Positions 60,644-64,000 of a stretch of DNA of 64,000 nt are shown piece by piece. The notes below the pieces were generated by a model. That model made no database searches. It was not told where the DNA came from and saw nothing but the letters and a program-made list of their open reading frames with translations. A program made the position numbers and the translations under genes. The DNA is from Marsupella aquatica (lineage: Eukaryota > Plantae > Marchantiophyta): the NCBI GenBank assembly GCA_973895155.1, contig OZ316896.1, positions 13,881,542 through 13,945,541 of the forward strand, read 5' to 3'. Positions within the stretch are counted from its first letter, which is position 1; each line of letters begins with the position of its first letter.

Positions 60644-61739
60644 AGATGTAGAGCAAACCCTGCACAAATGTTGAGGCTCGCTCTGCAACAATTTCTGAAG
60701 CAACCTTTCCGAATATCAATTTTGAACCCAGTTATGGTAGTTGTTCTTCAGGTATATTAAAATCGCTTCAAGAACCCTTAGGAAGCTGTTCAAAGAAACA
60801 CAGAGATTGCATCAAGAGATCTTGTCGCCATTGGAGGCCCATTGTGTTCATACACAAAGCTGGACTTACCTGTACAAGTATGGATCGCCATAGCCACTGT
60901 ATGGTTGATCGAACCGTCAGGAATTTAACTAGGCGCTTTCTCCGAAGCTGTGCAGACTAAGATTCCGTGTTTAGTTTGACTTACGACTGTTGCTCCAGAT
61001 GATTGTAATGTTCGATTGGTGTACTTTTCAAAAGTATTCTCTTGCAGGCGAAGTTCTGGCTTCTGCAATGCTGGCCGACTTTCTAGTTCTATATCTAATG
61101 TAGCACACATTTAGAGGAACTTCCTGCACATTTACGGCTGGAGAAACAGGATTTGATTTGCCTTCTCAGTGAGGTTCAACATTTCTCGTTCAAAAGTTTT
61201 GAATCTAACTTTTCAACGTTTCACAGAAAGTTTAATTTGGAAGTCATTCTTGATGTAAGCAGAATTCTTTTACGTCAATCCAACACACCAAAGGAAAACC
61301 GTCAGATTCTAGAATTATTAAAATGAATGCATTGGAACGATCAGAGGATTAATCTTTAAGAAAAAGGGGTCATAGAATTTGTGGCCGCCGGACAGGCCTG
61401 AAGCATTTGGTCTGTCTGTGCTAGTGAACAAGATTGCCTCAGTCCATCTTGTACTGAGCTTTGATGCTCATGCCTCAAATCTAGACTACTTCCAGCATGA
61501 GACATGATTGCCAAAGTTTATTTTGTTACTCCATGATGTGGTTTCTTAAACTTATTCTTTGATATGTCTAGTTTATTTCACCCACCACTTATGAGACACC
61601 AAAACTTGAAGCAGCAATCAATCAATTCTTCTCATTCACTGGTCAGTATTTCCTTCCCCAATAGAGTTTTGCAAGAATCGCTAATGAGAATGACCAAATT
61701 CCGAAGTTGCATGAGAGTGTGTAACTTATTTACAATCCA

Positions 61740-62300
61740 TCAGGTCAAAGGTGTAAGCAAAGGTTTGCCCGACAAGTGGGCTTCCAAGTTGATTAGAACA
61801 AGGTCTGCCATACCCTGCTTTGTGTCCATGGTGCCAAATCTCACATGTGACAGACATACAGTAGTATCTCGCTTGAGCAGCTCCTCTGGCACAAAATGCT
61901 CTGTCTCAAAAAAAGGCCTCTGGCAATATTCACCAGGTAACCTTTTGGCCCGAGTGCATCCAGATTTCACCATTATGACTCTGGTAGTCTCCTCCGTCAA
62001 AGCTTGTATTTGCTATGTAATCTGTCACGACATCCGGAACAACCAGACCATGTTCCTTGCAACATTGCAAATCGACATTGTGCACTCCGGTCCCAAAGTG
62101 CAGCACGCAACAATCTCCAAATCCGGCAGCGTGCCGGCTAGATCCTCTCACCTTGGTTGAATTGTCTATGACAATGTTCGGGTAAAGGCTTCTTCTCTTT
62201 CAGGAAAGCCTCTTCCTCTTGCAAGCCCTTTGACATTGGCTAGTGATCGAATTTGGCCTAGAGAGGTGTGACCGGAGGCCTTACCACAACCGGTTTCGCT
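61740..62300 (-). pseudogene. Decayed hydroxypyruvate/hydroxyphenylpyruvate reductase (HPR2/HPPR-like D-2-hydroxyacid dehydrogenase)
   Basis: Fragments in shifting frames: [41 protein letters not shown] and [12 protein letters not shown]...[30 protein letters not shown]. These match the plant HPR2 layout with the central NAD-binding part missing. Confidence 0.75.
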
Positions 62301-62642
62301 GTAATTGCCAACCAGCTCCACCACCCACTGTCTCGGAGATTGAAAGACAGATTTAAAGTTCCCACTCAGTCCACATCAGAAAAGGCTCAAATTCACTGCC
62401 AACGACCTGCTATCCCTGGTGGAAATGCTCCAATGGTTGAAGACATTGGGACTGCTTCGTAGTGTTCCTCGTTGTGATGGACCCGGTAGTATTGACCCAA
62501 AGAAACTCACTCCCTGACGACAAAGGGGCACAGATACAAGAAGCAGACCGACTTTTCTCTGCAAATGTCGAGCACCTGTCACCTTTCCAACTTCGTCCAT
62601 TTTGTTTCCTTGAGCTGTTCATCTAATGAGGAAGATGAACAG

Positions 62643-62668
62643 CCTAAACCCTAAACCCGAAACCCTCA
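62643..62668. promoter_or_regulatory. Short telomere-like (telo-box) tract
   Basis: cctaaaccctaaacccgaaaccct, about 3 units of plant CCCTAAA. Confidence 0.4.
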
Positions 62669-63221
62669 TTTCATTCAGAGAATGAACACAATCTCATCGT
62701 AGACATCGGGATTCTGTACGCCCCCTGGCCTTTGTTATACCTGTATTTTCGTTATAAAGGGCTTTGCACCCCCTTTAGGGCGCTTTTAATAGCTTTTTTT
62801 TCCTTCCTCTTCTTCTACTTGTTGCCGGGAGCTGTTCCCCTCCATTTTAACCGCTTTGACAGGGGGACCGGCCCCCTCTGAGACCTGTCGGACTGTGTGG
62901 GAATATTCCTGAAAAACATAGAGCTATTTTTTGGCCGTCCGACAAAGCTTCCGTCCGCCGAACGGTAAGTTTTTTGGTTCTTTTTTGGCGAGGACGTTGC
63001 CACTGGAGTTAGCAACACGGCGCACCAATCACATCACGATTCCGACAACGGGTTGTACTTGGTATTTTGGTTATTCTCCGAGGTGGTCAAAACGGGGGAG
63101 TTTCCCAAGGTTTTACCCACCCCGACCAAAATTTGAATAACTTATTCGTCGAATTTTGATTTTGATTTCAGCTTTCAGTATTGGACTCCTAGCTTTGTGG
63201 GTTACGCGGCGGTGTTGAGTT

Positions 63222-64000
63222 TTGAGTTTTATGAGAAGTTTTGAAAAAAGACATTACTTGTTGTGGGAGAAACAAGTGAATGGTGTCCTTTGGGCCATGG
63301 GCTTAGCTCATCTGCTCTCTTCGCGAGAGCAGTATGATGGAGAGGAGGAGATCTCAGAGAAGCAGTGGAGACAGGAGCAGGTGATTGTTGTCAATGCAGT
63401 GATGCTATATCTCAAGCCGCACATCATCAAGCAGCTGGATGATTATGCGGATTGCGCGTCACTGTTCAAGGCTCTAAGAGAGAGGTACTACCGGGAAGAT
63501 ACATCAGACCGGTTGTACAAGAAGTCTCTCTAGATGAGCCTCAGACTCAAGGAAGGGAGCAAGATGCAGGATCACCTGGATGAGTTTGACAGTCTAGCGG
63601 TGGATCTGTCAAACCTGGGAAAATGAGTTGAAGATGACGATAAGGCCTTGCTTTTGCTAAGCTCCTTAACGCCGTCATATCAGGGCTTGAAATAGGTGTT
63701 CTTGTACAGAGATCTGAAGTCCATTTTGTATAATGAGGTGGTGAGTTCTTTATTGTCTGATGATGCTCAGAAGAAGTTGGGTCAATCACAGACAGCATCT
63801 TCTTCTAGTACTGCGCTGAACGTGAACCGTGGGAGAGCAGTGCAACTCTCAAATGGGCAGAACAGGTTTAGATCTACATCACGGGGGAGATCTAAATCCA
63901 GAGAGAAATCGCAAGAGAGGAAGCATCTTGCATGTTGGAATTGTGGCAAGTTTGGCCACATGAAAAGGGACTATCGAGTAAAGGTCCCTACTGCATCTGC
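63222..64000 (+). mobile_element. Ty1/copia retrotransposon gag (inactivated), continuing beyond the window
   Basis: YLLWEKQV, LKEGSKMQDHLDEFDSLAVDL and DDDKALLLLSSLTPSY (copia gag/UBN2), and the zinc knuckle CWNCGKFGHMKRDY. At least three in-frame stops. Confidence 0.9.

Noticed and set aside
62716-63220. 5' LTR and PBS of the copia element
   Set aside because: No clear TG..CA boundary or intact PBS, and the partner LTR is outside the window.

Overview
Eukaryotic nuclear DNA from a land plant. The most likely source is a bryophyte such as a liverwort or hornwort, inferred from GT-AG spliced plant genes plus a nuclear, intron-rich sulfate-binding protein of the chloroplast ABC sulfate transporter. 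Host genes: a 5'-truncated KH + 4xRRM RNA-binding ORF (1-2592), POP4/Rpp29 (6530-9524, 7 exons), an RVE8-like SHAQKYF-MYB/LCL clock gene (33953-36520), an SLC35F/DUF914 transporter (minus strand, 38436-42459), a plastid-targeted sulfate-binding protein (49836-55456, 14 exons) and an intronless bacterial-like AIM24 gene (59350-60087). Repetitive and mobile DNA: a Helitron2/Helentron-type RepHel element with a spliced accessory gene and a chromodomain fragment (about 23.4-31.7 kb), a probable degenerate CACTA remnant, two independent solo LTRs, MITE-like elements, an HPR2-like pseudogene, a decayed copia gag and many tandem duplications. The most striking feature is a miniature LTR retroelement (TRIM, 58392-58798) whose 137-bp LTRs each contain a 71-nt tRNA-like cloverleaf with A/B boxes, a tRNA-based analogue of the 5S-carrying Cassandra elements. 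All exon models and motif calls were read by eye and have not been checked against databases.
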